Assembly (NCBI GenBank): GCA_963809185.1
Contig: CAWEIP010000010.1
Coordinates: 165,933-229,932 of the forward strand
Length of the DNA: 64,000 nt
Origin: an uncultured Verrucomicrobiae bacterium
GTDB taxonomy: Bacteria; Verrucomicrobiota; Verrucomicrobiia; Chthoniobacterales; Terrimicrobiaceae
Direction: 5' to 3'
The notes beneath the pieces were generated by a model. That model searched no databases, was not told the origin of the DNA, and saw only the letters and a program-made list of their open reading frames with translations. Made by a program: the position numbers and the translations under genes. This document shows, piece by piece, positions 9,483 through 18,639 of this stretch; position 1 is the stretch's first letter, and each line of letters begins with the position of its first letter.

Positions 9483-10769
9483 ATGCCGCTTCGAATCCTC
9501 TTCGTTCCATTCGGAAGCGAAGGGGATGTCAATCCGCTTTTGTGGCTGGCGGAGGGCATGGCCACACGAGGACACCAGCCGGCTTTCGTAATCACTCCGC
9601 ATTACGGTCGCCTGATTCAGCAGCGGGGATTTCCCTGGATTCCCGTTGGCACGGAGGAAGATTTCGTCCGCTTCGCCCGCGATCCCCGCGTCTGGAGCCG
9701 CATGCAAGGAACCAGGATGGTCGTCGAAGGCATGGTCGACACTCTGCCGGCTTATCGCGAGGCCGTCCAAACGGCCGGTCGCGATTTTGACCTCGTTGTC
9801 CTTTCGAGCATGGCTCTGGGAGGCGCCTCCATGGCGGAAGCGGCGGGGATTCCGCGGCTCACTCTTCACATGCAGCCCGCCTTGTTTCGCAGCATTCATG
9901 AATGTCCGGTTTTCATGGAAGAACTGGCGTGGCTGACTCGATCCCCACGCTGGATCAAACGGCTCTTCTTTGCCCTGGTGGACCTCCTTTTCTGGGAGTC
10001 CGCACGGAGACCGCTGAACGCCTTTCGCAAAGAATTACATCTTCCCCCGCTCCGAAATTTCTTCGACGAAGCATTTCACGGGGCCGAGGGAGTCGCCGCC
10101 TTGTTTCCGGACTGGTTTGCGGCTCGGCAGCCGGACTGGCCGCGCCGAGTCCGCCAATTTGGGTTTCCTGTTACAATTCAGCCTCGTGCCTTGCCGGTCT
10201 CTCTTGAGACCTTCTTGAATTCGGGTGACCCACCGGTGGCATGGACGCACGGTTCGGCAAATTTCGACATTCAGCACTTTCAATCGAGAGCTCTGGAAGT
10301 CTCGCGCGAGCACAATCTGAGGTGTTTGCTTGTCAGTCTCGATCCTCCAAAATGTCCCCTCTCCGCGGATGCCTTTCACATCGCGCACGCTCGTTTTGAA
10401 GACGTCTTCCCACGGTGTCGAGCTGTTGTTCATCACGGCGGAATCGGAACCACGGCAAAATGCATCGCCTCCGGCGTGCCACAGCTCATCATTCCACGTT
10501 CGCACGACCAGCCTGACAACGCTGACCGGATCGTCAGGCTAGGTCTGGGAAAAACGCTTTCGTATCGCCGGATCGATACCAACCAGCTTGTGGCCAGCGT
10601 GCTCGAGCTTGTCGACTCGAAGGTGATTCCTTCCCGATGCAAGGAGCTTCAGTCGCGAGTGCTTGCCGCCGACACTCTCTCGGACGTTTCGAACTGGGCA
10701 GAACAGATTGCGGCAGAACCCAATGGAAATCGTCTTGTAACCCGCAATCCAGTGAATCGGAATCGGTAA
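9483..10769 (+). CDS. GT1-family glycosyltransferase (UDP-glycosyltransferase/MGT-like)
   Basis: 428 aa. The N-terminus reads ILFVPFGSEGDVNPLLWLA. The C-terminal donor-binding signature reads VVHHGGIGTTAKCIASGVPQLIIPRSHDQPDNA. Confidence 0.8.
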   Translation: MPLRILFVPFGSEGDVNPLLWLAEGMATRGHQPAFVITPHYGRLIQQRGFPWIPVGTEEDFVRFARDPRVWSRMQGTRMVVEGMVDTLPAYREAVQTAGRDFDLVVLSSMALGGASMAEAAGIPRLTLHMQPALFRSIHECPVFMEELAWLTRSPRWIKRLFFALVDLLFWESARRPLNAFRKELHLPPLRNFFDEAFHGAEGVAALFPDWFAARQPDWPRRVRQFGFPVTIQPRALPVSLETFLNSGDPPVAWTHGSANFDIQHFQSRALEVSREHNLRCLLVSLDPPKCPLSADAFHIAHARFEDVFPRCRAVVHHGGIGTTAKCIASGVPQLIIPRSHDQPDNADRIVRLGLGKTLSYRRIDTNQLVASVLELVDSKVIPSRCKELQSRVLAADTLSDVSNWAEQIAAEPNGNRLVTRNPVNRNR

Positions 10770-10898
10770 GTAGGCAGCTCCCTTTGCCGACGGGAGCATT
10801 TCGCATCCTGCCATACCAGGGATCTCCCGAGGTCCTACTCAGGTCAGTCTCCGATGAATGAGTTGCCCCTCTCGTGCGTTATTCCTATAGGAGGCCGT

Positions 10899-12611
10899 AT
10901 GAAGTTTGTTATTTTTCTCGTTGCAATGGCCACAGTCGCCTTATTCCCGACCGCGCGCGCCCAGACAGAGGTCGAGATTACCTATCAAGAATTTTATGAT
11001 GGATTGGCGCCATATGGAGACTGGATCTACGTAGATGGCTACGACTACTGCTGGCAACCTCGGGTGGACGAGGGTTGGCGACCCTACACCGATGGAGGCT
11101 GGATTTATACGGACGCGGGCTGGACGTGGTCTTCCGATGAAGAATGGGGCTGGGCGACGGACCACTATGGACGCTGGATGCAAACCAGAGACTATGGTTG
11201 GTTGTGGGTTCCCGGATATGAATGGGCTCCAGCGTGGGTGTCGTGGCGAACAGGCGATGAGTACGTAGGCTGGGCACCCTTGCCTCCTGAGGTGACCTGG
11301 CAGCCGGAGTCAGGCATTGGGCCTTCGGTCGACGTCAGCTTCAGAATAGGTCCTGAATACTACAACTTTTGCCCGGTGAGGCATTTCGGTGCCCCACGGC
11401 TTCGACCCTATATTCTTCCCCCGCGTGACAATGTGACAATCATCAACCATACCGTGAACGTGACGAAAATCGTTAATGTCAACAACGTGATGATTTTCAA
11501 CGATGGGCCGGACTTCAGGCAACTTGAAAGAAGGACCGACCAGCCGATTAGGTGGGCGCGCCTGGAACGCCGAGGGGATGTCAACCGCGACGCCGTGAGA
11601 GCCGGCCAAGTAAGGAACAGACTTGAAGGCGATGTATTCCGTGTCGCTGCGCCTCGTGTTGAACGCTCGAATCGCGAAGAGAAACCGCTAAAGATAGCCC
11701 GAACGATCCAACGCGATCAAATCGATCGAAGGATGGGCCCGGAGCAAGGAAGGCGGCCCGACGCACGCGAGGAAGAACGTGCCACCCAAGGTCAGGCTGG
11801 TCGAAGAGACTCCCGAGAGTTCGAGAACGAGAGACTGCGCGGTGAACCAGAGCGGGAGCAAACCAGGAGAGGAGATCGCCAAGGCCGGCAAGAGCGACGG
11901 CCCGGGCCGGAAGACTCCACGAAGCCTCCGCCATCCGACTCGCGACGTTTAGAAACGGACCAAGCCTCGCCAGCCAGCCAGCCTTCGCGCGATGACAAGC
12001 AACGCCGGCGGAGCGAGGCTCCCGGCGAGCGAGAAGGCCGTGAAATGCGACCGGATCAGCAAGGAGCCGATGGCCAGCGACGGCAAGAGCGTCGTGCCGA
12101 CCAACCTGAAGAATCCATCCAAGGATCTCCGCCGGCCCAGGCACCCGACGCTCCAGCTCGTCAGTCCGCACGGGAGAGAGGTCAGCGCGGCGACAGCCAA
12201 GGGCAAAGGCCGCAAGATCGTCGAGAAAGCCCGGGTGCAGAGGCGCAGCGCAAACAAGAGCGTCGCGTCAATCAATCCGAAGAATCCATCCAAGGATCTC
12301 CGCCTGCTCAGCCATCCCGCGGTGCAGCTCGACAGTCCACTCGTGAGAGAAGTCAAGGCGGCGAGGGCCAGGCCGAAAGGCCTGCGGCAACGCCTCAAGA
12401 GCAAAGGAGTGCCCCGCCCGCAGAACGCCGCGAATCCAACGTTCAACAACAGCCGCAGCGCACTCAGCAAAAAGCGCAAGGTGAAAAGTCCGGCGGCTCG
12501 AAAACCCAACAGCAACAGTCGCAGGGTGATGGTCAGAAGGGTAAAAAGAAAGGCTCCAAGGGCGAAGAGAAGGACCAAGAAGGGAAGGACCAAGAGGGAG
12601 GAGGCCGATAG
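10899..12611 (+). CDS. Secreted protein with an N-terminal Trp/Tyr/Gly-rich repeat domain (YXWGXW-like) and a long Arg/Glu/Gln/Pro-rich repetitive C-terminal half
   Basis: A GGAGG Shine-Dalgarno sequence at about 10889-10894 precedes the ATG at 10899. The signal peptide is MKFVIFLVAMATVALFPTARAQ. The repeat domain reads GDWIYVDGYDYCWQP...WGWATDHYGRWMQTRDYGWLWVPGYEWAPAWVSW. Beyond roughly residue 250 the sequence is charged low-complexity with 57-aa tandem repeats. Function unknown. Confidence 0.6.
   Translation: MKFVIFLVAMATVALFPTARAQTEVEITYQEFYDGLAPYGDWIYVDGYDYCWQPRVDEGWRPYTDGGWIYTDAGWTWSSDEEWGWATDHYGRWMQTRDYGWLWVPGYEWAPAWVSWRTGDEYVGWAPLPPEVTWQPESGIGPSVDVSFRIGPEYYNFCPVRHFGAPRLRPYILPPRDNVTIINHTVNVTKIVNVNNVMIFNDGPDFRQLERRTDQPIRWARLERRGDVNRDAVRAGQVRNRLEGDVFRVAAPRVERSNREEKPLKIARTIQRDQIDRRMGPEQGRRPDAREEERATQGQAGRRDSREFENERLRGEPEREQTRRGDRQGRQERRPGPEDSTKPPPSDSRRLETDQASPASQPSRDDKQRRRSEAPGEREGREMRPDQQGADGQRRQERRADQPEESIQGSPPAQAPDAPARQSARERGQRGDSQGQRPQDRRESPGAEAQRKQERRVNQSEESIQGSPPAQPSRGAARQSTRERSQGGEGQAERPAATPQEQRSAPPAERRESNVQQQPQRTQQKAQGEKSGGSKTQQQQSQGDGQKGKKKGSKGEEKDQEGKDQEGGGR
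12108..12449 (+). repeat. Two 171-bp (57-codon) tandem repeat units inside the CDS above
   Basis: gaagaatccatccaaggatctccgcc recurs at 12108 and 12279. The encoded units are EESIQGSPPAQAPDAPARQSARERGQRGDSQGQRP... and EESIQGSPPAQPSRGAARQSTRERSQGGEGQAERP... Confidence 0.7.
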
Positions 12612-12682
12612 CCATTGGCGGGCACCACCCGCCTTCAGGGGATATCTTGACTTTGTCGAGGAAAAGAGAATCTTGTGCGGAT

Positions 12683-12826
12683 ATGAAAAGATTTTTCCTC
12701 TTTTTAGGTTGCGTTGCGTTCATCTCGGCCTCCGCCTTTGCCGGAGATTGCTGCTCGGGTAAGAAGTCCAAGGGAGACACCAAAGGTGAAGACTCAACCA
12801 AGCAGAGTTTCACCGTCGCGGGCTAG
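12683..12826 (+). CDS. Candidate 47-aa secreted peptide with a Cys-Cys pair (below the ORF-track length cut-off)
   Basis: ATG at 12683. The product is MKRFFLFLGCVAFISASAFA|GDCCSGKKSKGDTKGEDSTKQSFTVAG: a signal-peptide-like N-terminus with an AFA cleavage site and a hydrophilic 27-aa mature part. A strong intrinsic terminator follows about 25 nt downstream. No homolog recognised. Confidence 0.35.
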   Translation: MKRFFLFLGCVAFISASAFAGDCCSGKKSKGDTKGEDSTKQSFTVAG

Positions 12827-12851
12827 CATCCGCCGGCCATCCTCAAAGGCG

Positions 12852-12886
12852 AAGCGCTGGACAAAAATCCAGCGCTTTTTCTTTTC
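12852..12886 (+). terminator. Rho-independent terminator
   Basis: A perfect 10-bp stem (aagcgctgga / tccagcgctt) with loop caaaaa is followed by tttttctttt. Confidence 0.65.
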
Positions 12887-12916
12887 CCGCGTCGCAGATT
12901 TCGCTTACTCATTCAC

Positions 12917-13816
12917 ATGGGCCGCGCCAAACGCAACCCGGTGCGCAAGACATGGCGCATCATTCTTCAGGCCTCGAACATTTATATTGAGATCGACGGC
13001 GAGCAACGCGCCGCCGCCTTTGCGTACTACGTCCTCTTCTCGCTCTTCCCTTTGTTCGCGCTCATGCTCATTGTCGGTTCGTCGTTCTTTGGCTCTGAAA
13101 ACATCATTTCGACGATAAAAAGCTTCCTCCCGATCGAGGATCGCGAGCAGAGATTCATTTGGGAGGCGGTCCATCAGCTCGAACTCTCCCGCGGTGGCGT
13201 CGGCGTTCTTTCGGTGCTTATTCTGCTTTGGTGCTCACTCCGTTTTTTTCAAGGGCTCGTGCATGGTGTGAACCGTGCCTGGCATACGATAGAGATTCCC
13301 TGGTGGCAGGTTCCGCTCAAGAACCTGCTCATGGTCGCAATCATCGGAAGCGCGCTTTTCGCCGGCTTGATTGCGCCGGCCATCCTTCAGGGCGTCCGCA
13401 ATGGATTGATCGCAGCCGAAACTTTCATTCAGGCACATTTTCCAAAATTCGACCTGCATCTTGTCTCTGGATTGTTGGACTTGAGTCGTTACGCGTTGGG
13501 CGGTGTGCTTCTCTTCTATTCTTTCTGCATGCTCTATAAATTTGCGCCACGGCGCAGGGTGTTGTTTCGCCAGGTGTGGCTGCCTGCGCTCATCGTCACC
13601 ATCGCTTTGATGATCTGCCAGATCGCCTTCGTCAACTACCTGCCCCACTTTGTGAACTATGGCATCTACGGCGCGGTCGGCGGATTGATGCTTCTCCTTC
13701 TCTGGGTCTACTTCTCGGGAATCATTATCATCCTCGGAGCGTGCCTTTGCGCGGCGATCGAGCAATGCCGCGAAGAAGAGGAGGAGACGGCTATTCCAGC
13801 CAGTCGAGAATATTGA
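12917..13816 (+). CDS. YihY/BrkB (virulence factor BrkB / ribonuclease BN-like) family membrane protein
   Basis: 299 aa and polytopic. The family N-terminal segment reads AAFAYYVLFSLFPLFALM. Several hydrophobic helices follow, including GIIIILGACLCAAIE. Confidence 0.8.
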   Translation: MGRAKRNPVRKTWRIILQASNIYIEIDGEQRAAAFAYYVLFSLFPLFALMLIVGSSFFGSENIISTIKSFLPIEDREQRFIWEAVHQLELSRGGVGVLSVLILLWCSLRFFQGLVHGVNRAWHTIEIPWWQVPLKNLLMVAIIGSALFAGLIAPAILQGVRNGLIAAETFIQAHFPKFDLHLVSGLLDLSRYALGGVLLFYSFCMLYKFAPRRRVLFRQVWLPALIVTIALMICQIAFVNYLPHFVNYGIYGAVGGLMLLLLWVYFSGIIIILGACLCAAIEQCREEEEETAIPASREY

Positions 13817-14012
13817 AATTGTAGGAAATCATCACCGTGATCAGCACCACGGTGGCAAGAAAGCCCAGCGCCGCGACGGTCGGCACGACGATCAAAATCC
13901 TGCGGATCAGACGGTCTTCCGGGTCCTGCATATCACTCATGCAGGCGAGTGATAGAGACCGCACACTTCCAAGTCAAGTGCCTCGCTGCAAGCCTCTCTC
14001 TGACCGGTGGCG

Positions 14013-15641
14013 TTAACTGCGATAGCGCTCCGGCAAGACCGCCAGGAGCTCCTCCTTGGGGCTGCGAGAAAGAAACTCGCTGAAAATTTCGTCGCCTTGC
14101 TTGCGCGCCGCGTAGAGCCTGAGCAGAGCGTCGATGACCAGGTGAACATCCGCCGCGAGAATCTTGCCTTTCAGCAGCTCGTTGAATCGGCCGTTGTGTC
14201 CAAGACGCCCGCCGACAAACAAATCGTAGGCATCGACCATTTTTCCGCCGACTTTCGTCTTCGCCCCGCGAAAGCCAATGTCGGCCACCTGATGCTGTCC
14301 ACAGCTCGATGGACATCCACTGAAATGCACGCGGATCTTGTCCTTGTACCAGCCGCTGGTGGTCTCCAACTGCTCGACAAGCTCGATCATCCGGTTCTTA
14401 GTTTCGGCCACGGCAAGATTGCAGAACTCAATACCGGTGCACGACACGCATCCCTTGCGAAAATTCGATGAGTTATAAACAAGGCCCATTCCATCCAGTT
14501 CGGCCTTTAACGTCTCCAGATTCCTTTCGGGCACATGGGGAATCAGGACATTTTGTTTGTTTGTCAGCCGCACAAGATCGTGGCCCGGCAGACAGTATTT
14601 TCTTGCCAGTCGCCCCACGCCGCCCAACGCTCCGTTTCTGATGCGGCCGCCGGGGAAAGTGAGGCCCACCCAGTAAAGGCCGGGCTGCACTTGCCGGTGG
14701 ATCCCCATGTGGTCTGTTTCCTGATCTCGCGGAAACACAAACCCGCTGTGCCGCTCGAGCTGAAAGCCAAGACGTGCCTCGGTTTCGGCCAGAATTCTCT
14801 CTGCCCCCCAATCGGCAACCAGGAATTTGAAGCGCGCCCGGTTCCGCTTGGCGCGATAGCCCTCGTCGCGAAACACCTCGCTGATCGCCTTTGTCACCGA
14901 CCAGGCTTGCTGCGTCGAAATCCACACGGGCAGCGTCTGCGCGAGATGAGGAGAACTGGAAAGACCTCCCCCAACCTTCACCCCATAGCCAGCCTCGCCG
15001 CGCCCGTTGACCAGTCCGAAAAATCCCAGGCAATTAATATCGGGTTGATGGCAATGAATATGGCACCCGCTGATGCTGATCTTGTACTTGCGAGGAAGAT
15101 TCGAGAATTCCTTGGTATTCGTCAGACCGCGGCTGATCTCGAGCATCTCTGGAGTGGCGTCGAGAATGGCCTCGGGATTTATTCCCGATACCGGACAACA
15201 TCCGACGTTCCGCGTGATGTCTCCGCACGCGCCGCTGGTGATGATGTCTGCCTTCTCGAGCGCATCAAAAATCGGAGGGACATCCTCGATGCGCAGCCAA
15301 TGATACTGGATCGTTTGGCGCGTTGTAATGTCGCAAAACCCGTGGGCAAATTCGTCGGCGAGATTCGAAAGCGCAATTGCCTGCGAGCTGGTCAACTGGC
15401 CGCCCGGAATCTTCGTCCGCATCATGAAATACCCGCTATCCTTCGGCTTCTGCCGATAGACCCCATACCACTTGAGGCGATCGAAGTCTTCCTCGACGAT
15501 CGCCGAAAAGCCAAGCTTCGCATAGCGGTAAATATCGTGAATGACATCCAATCCGTCCTTCTCGAGCTTGAGCCTTTCCTGGGGCGTCACCTCGATCAAT
15601 CCTCGCCTCACCGCGTCAAAATTTGGGTGTATCTCTGCCAT
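14013..15641 (-). CDS. Ferredoxin-dependent sulfite/nitrite reductase (NirA/Sir family, siroheme-[4Fe-4S])
   Basis: 542 aa. It shows duplicated nitrite/sulfite reductase ferredoxin-like halves and the cluster/siroheme cysteine motifs CVSCTGIEFCNLAVAETK and SGCPSSCGQHQVADIGFRG. Confidence 0.85.
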   Translation of the reverse strand: MAEIHPNFDAVRRGLIEVTPQERLKLEKDGLDVIHDIYRYAKLGFSAIVEEDFDRLKWYGVYRQKPKDSGYFMMRTKIPGGQLTSSQAIALSNLADEFAHGFCDITTRQTIQYHWLRIEDVPPIFDALEKADIITSGACGDITRNVGCCPVSGINPEAILDATPEMLEISRGLTNTKEFSNLPRKYKISISGCHIHCHQPDINCLGFFGLVNGRGEAGYGVKVGGGLSSSPHLAQTLPVWISTQQAWSVTKAISEVFRDEGYRAKRNRARFKFLVADWGAERILAETEARLGFQLERHSGFVFPRDQETDHMGIHRQVQPGLYWVGLTFPGGRIRNGALGGVGRLARKYCLPGHDLVRLTNKQNVLIPHVPERNLETLKAELDGMGLVYNSSNFRKGCVSCTGIEFCNLAVAETKNRMIELVEQLETTSGWYKDKIRVHFSGCPSSCGQHQVADIGFRGAKTKVGGKMVDAYDLFVGGRLGHNGRFNELLKGKILAADVHLVIDALLRLYAARKQGDEIFSEFLSRSPKEELLAVLPERYRS

Positions 15642-15794
15642 CGGTCAGTCCATCCGGTAATCCATTTGCAGGGTGGCTGAAAGCTTCTTTCAACGCACGC
15701 GCACATGCAAAGCGAAATTGTAGTTTCAACCGCTCGGGCGTTCCCAAAAGCAAGGTGACAGGAACCCACTTTTCTGCGAGGTGAAGAGGTCGTC

Positions 15795-18440
15795 ATGCCC
15801 TCCGAAGCTGAAACCGAGCGCATTCTCGCACGCGACCAGCGGCGGGAAGCCTGGGATCTTTGGGGTCCGTATTTGAGCGAGCGCCAATGGGGCACGGTTC
15901 GGGAAGATTACTCGGCCGACGGCGACGCCTGGGCATTTTTTCCCCACGACCACGCACGATCGCGGGTCTATCGCTGGGGCGAGGATGGGTTGCTCGGCAT
16001 TTGCGACAATGATTGCCGGCTTTGCTTCTCGCCGGCCTTCTGGAATGGCTACGATCCCATTCTCAAGGAACGATTCTTCGGTCTATCAAATCCGCAAGGA
16101 AATCACGGAGAGGATCTTAAGGAGTATTTTTACCATCTCGATAACACTCCAACCCACAGTTTCATGCGGGCCCTCTACAAGTATCCGCAACAGGAATTTC
16201 CTTATCAGCGACTGATTGATGAAAACACGCGGCGCACGCGCCTGGAGCCGGAATTTGAGCTCATCGACATGGGGATCTTCGATGAGGGACGGTACTTCGA
16301 CATTTTCATCGAATACGCCAAGGCAACGCCGAACGACATTTGCATAAAGGTCTCCGCGGTTAATCGCGGACCTGATCCAGCTGCGCTCACCATCCTGCCA
16401 ACCTTATGGTTCCGAAACACCTGGTCCTGGGGCGGCGAGGGTCGCACGAAACCGCAGATGCATCTCACCAGTGACAAGTCGATCCGCGCGGCACCATGGG
16501 GACTGCCTGTCTATCACTTCTATTGCGAAGGCGCTTCCGAATTTGTTTTCACCGACAATGAGACCAATAACGAGCGATTGTTCGGCGCGAAGAATACCGC
16601 TCCGCACGTGAAGGATGCCTTCCACGATTACATTGTCCATGGAAAGACGGAGGTGGTGAATCCGGCCTGCAGCGGAACTAAGGCGTCTGCCGTTTATCGC
16701 CGAACCATTGCGCCGGGTGAGACTTCGACCGTCCGGTTGCGTCTCACCGAGTTGCCTCAACCCGATCCCTTTGGCTCCACCTACGAGACCACCTTCCACT
16801 TGCGCGCGCAGGAGACTGACAAATTTTACGATGCCTTGACGCCAGGACTTCCTGAGGAAACCGCGATGATTCAGAGACGCTCGCTAGCAGGGCTCTTCTG
16901 GTCCAAGAAGTTCTACTATTATCCGGTCACCGAATGGCTCGAAGGCGATCCGACAATGCCTCCTCCACCGCGGGAACGCTGGCACGGACGTAATGCCTTT
17001 TGGAAAGAGTTTCACGCTCACGATATCATTTCGATGCCAGACTGTTGGGAGTATCCGTATTTTTGCGCCTGGGACTTGATGTTTCACTCCGTCGCTTTCG
17101 CCGTGCCCGATCCGGCAACGGCGAAACGTCAGAATATGATCCTCCATGGAGAGCGCTTTGCCTCGCCCAGCGCGCAGTTGCCCGCTTACGAGTGGGCGCT
17201 CTCCGACGCAAACCCGCCGATCGCCAGCTGGGCGATGTGGCGGATCTATTCCATCGAACGAGCGATGAAGGGCGAAGGCGATCGGGAATATCTCAAACGC
17301 GCTTTCAACAAGCTCCTCTTGAGCTATGCGTGGTGGGGTAATCGTGTTGATCAGACAGGCGACAACGTCTTCGAAGGAGGGTTTCTCGGGATGGACAACA
17401 TTGGCGTCTTTGACCGACGCTATTTGCTACCCGACGGAAGCAAGATCGAGCAAAGCGATGGCACGGCGTGGATGGCGATGTTCTCCCTCAGCATGCTCAA
17501 CGTCGCCCTTGAGCTCGCCACGGAGGACCCCGCCTATGAAGACATCGCGGACAAGTTTCTCAACGACTTTATCTACCTCGCCGCTGCGATCAACGCGCGG
17601 GGGACGGGCGGCTTTACCCTCTGGGATGATGAAGACGGATTCTACTACGACGTATTGAGACGACCTGACGGGACGGTCGACTATCTGCGAACCCGATCAA
17701 TGGTCGGGCTGACCCCACTCTTCGCTGTCGAAAGCTTCAGCACTGAGACCGCCAAGCAGTTTCCCCTCTTGCGAAAGCGGGTCCAGTGGTTCCGTGACCA
17801 CCGTCCGCATTTGTTGGACCAGCTCCATCATATTGGCGTGGAAGTTCAGGGCCGCCGCCTGGTTTCGCTGGTTCCGCCGGAACGGCTGCGCAGGGTCTGC
17901 GAGCGCTTGTTCGATGAGGGGGAATTCCTGTCACCGCATGGTATTCGCGCACTCTCCCGCTACTATTTCGATCACCCTTACACGTTCACCGAAGGAGGAG
18001 AAACCGAAACCCTACGATATAGCCCCGCAGACAGTCCGGTCGCGATGTTCGGGGGAAACTCGAACTGGCGCGGTCCCGTGTGGATGCCGATGAACTACCT
18101 CTTGATCGAAGCCGTGCAGAAGTTTGGATTCTACTTTGGCGACACGTTCAAAGTGGAGTTCCCGACCGGAAGCGGCCGCCAGATGAATCTTTGGGACATT
18201 TCGCTCGAACTCCAGCGACGCCTGATTTCGCTGTTCGAGCGCGGGCCTGACGGCCGGCGGCCCTTCAATGGAGAAAACCAAACCTTCCAGAACGATCCGC
18301 ACTGGCGCGACCAGATTCTCTTCAACGAATACTTCAACGGCGACAACGGCGCCGGCGTCGGCGCCAGCCATCAAACAGGCTGGACCGCCCTGATCGCAAA
18401 GATGATCCGGCAGCTTCACACCTTCGATCGCGACAGCTGA
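15795..18440 (+). CDS. GH63-like glycoside hydrolase (MGH1-like glucosidase / mannosylglycerate hydrolase family)
   Basis: 881-aa intact ORF. The N-terminus reads WDLWGPYLSERQWGTVREDYSADGDAWAFFPHDHARSRVYRWGEDGL.GICD, and later ...SPHGIRALS... . I recognise this pattern from bacterial GH63-type proteins of this size. The family call is from memory, not alignment. Confidence 0.6.
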   Translation: MPSEAETERILARDQRREAWDLWGPYLSERQWGTVREDYSADGDAWAFFPHDHARSRVYRWGEDGLLGICDNDCRLCFSPAFWNGYDPILKERFFGLSNPQGNHGEDLKEYFYHLDNTPTHSFMRALYKYPQQEFPYQRLIDENTRRTRLEPEFELIDMGIFDEGRYFDIFIEYAKATPNDICIKVSAVNRGPDPAALTILPTLWFRNTWSWGGEGRTKPQMHLTSDKSIRAAPWGLPVYHFYCEGASEFVFTDNETNNERLFGAKNTAPHVKDAFHDYIVHGKTEVVNPACSGTKASAVYRRTIAPGETSTVRLRLTELPQPDPFGSTYETTFHLRAQETDKFYDALTPGLPEETAMIQRRSLAGLFWSKKFYYYPVTEWLEGDPTMPPPPRERWHGRNAFWKEFHAHDIISMPDCWEYPYFCAWDLMFHSVAFAVPDPATAKRQNMILHGERFASPSAQLPAYEWALSDANPPIASWAMWRIYSIERAMKGEGDREYLKRAFNKLLLSYAWWGNRVDQTGDNVFEGGFLGMDNIGVFDRRYLLPDGSKIEQSDGTAWMAMFSLSMLNVALELATEDPAYEDIADKFLNDFIYLAAAINARGTGGFTLWDDEDGFYYDVLRRPDGTVDYLRTRSMVGLTPLFAVESFSTETAKQFPLLRKRVQWFRDHRPHLLDQLHHIGVEVQGRRLVSLVPPERLRRVCERLFDEGEFLSPHGIRALSRYYFDHPYTFTEGGETETLRYSPADSPVAMFGGNSNWRGPVWMPMNYLLIEAVQKFGFYFGDTFKVEFPTGSGRQMNLWDISLELQRRLISLFERGPDGRRPFNGENQTFQNDPHWRDQILFNEYFNGDNGAGVGASHQTGWTALIAKMIRQLHTFDRDS

Positions 18441-18639
18441 GCGCGAGTCATCGCATGAAAATGTAGCGGCGATGTCCCCATCGTCGATACCCAAGTCCTG
18501 GCGGTAGCGACACCGCCACTAGCAAAAATCCTGTGATATCGGGCATCCTCTCGCGGGCTGGCGCAGTCTTCGACCGCACGTTTTCGGAGAGCACACCAAC
18601 CCGCGGGATAAGTCCCTCGCCGTGATCGCCCGTGGATCT

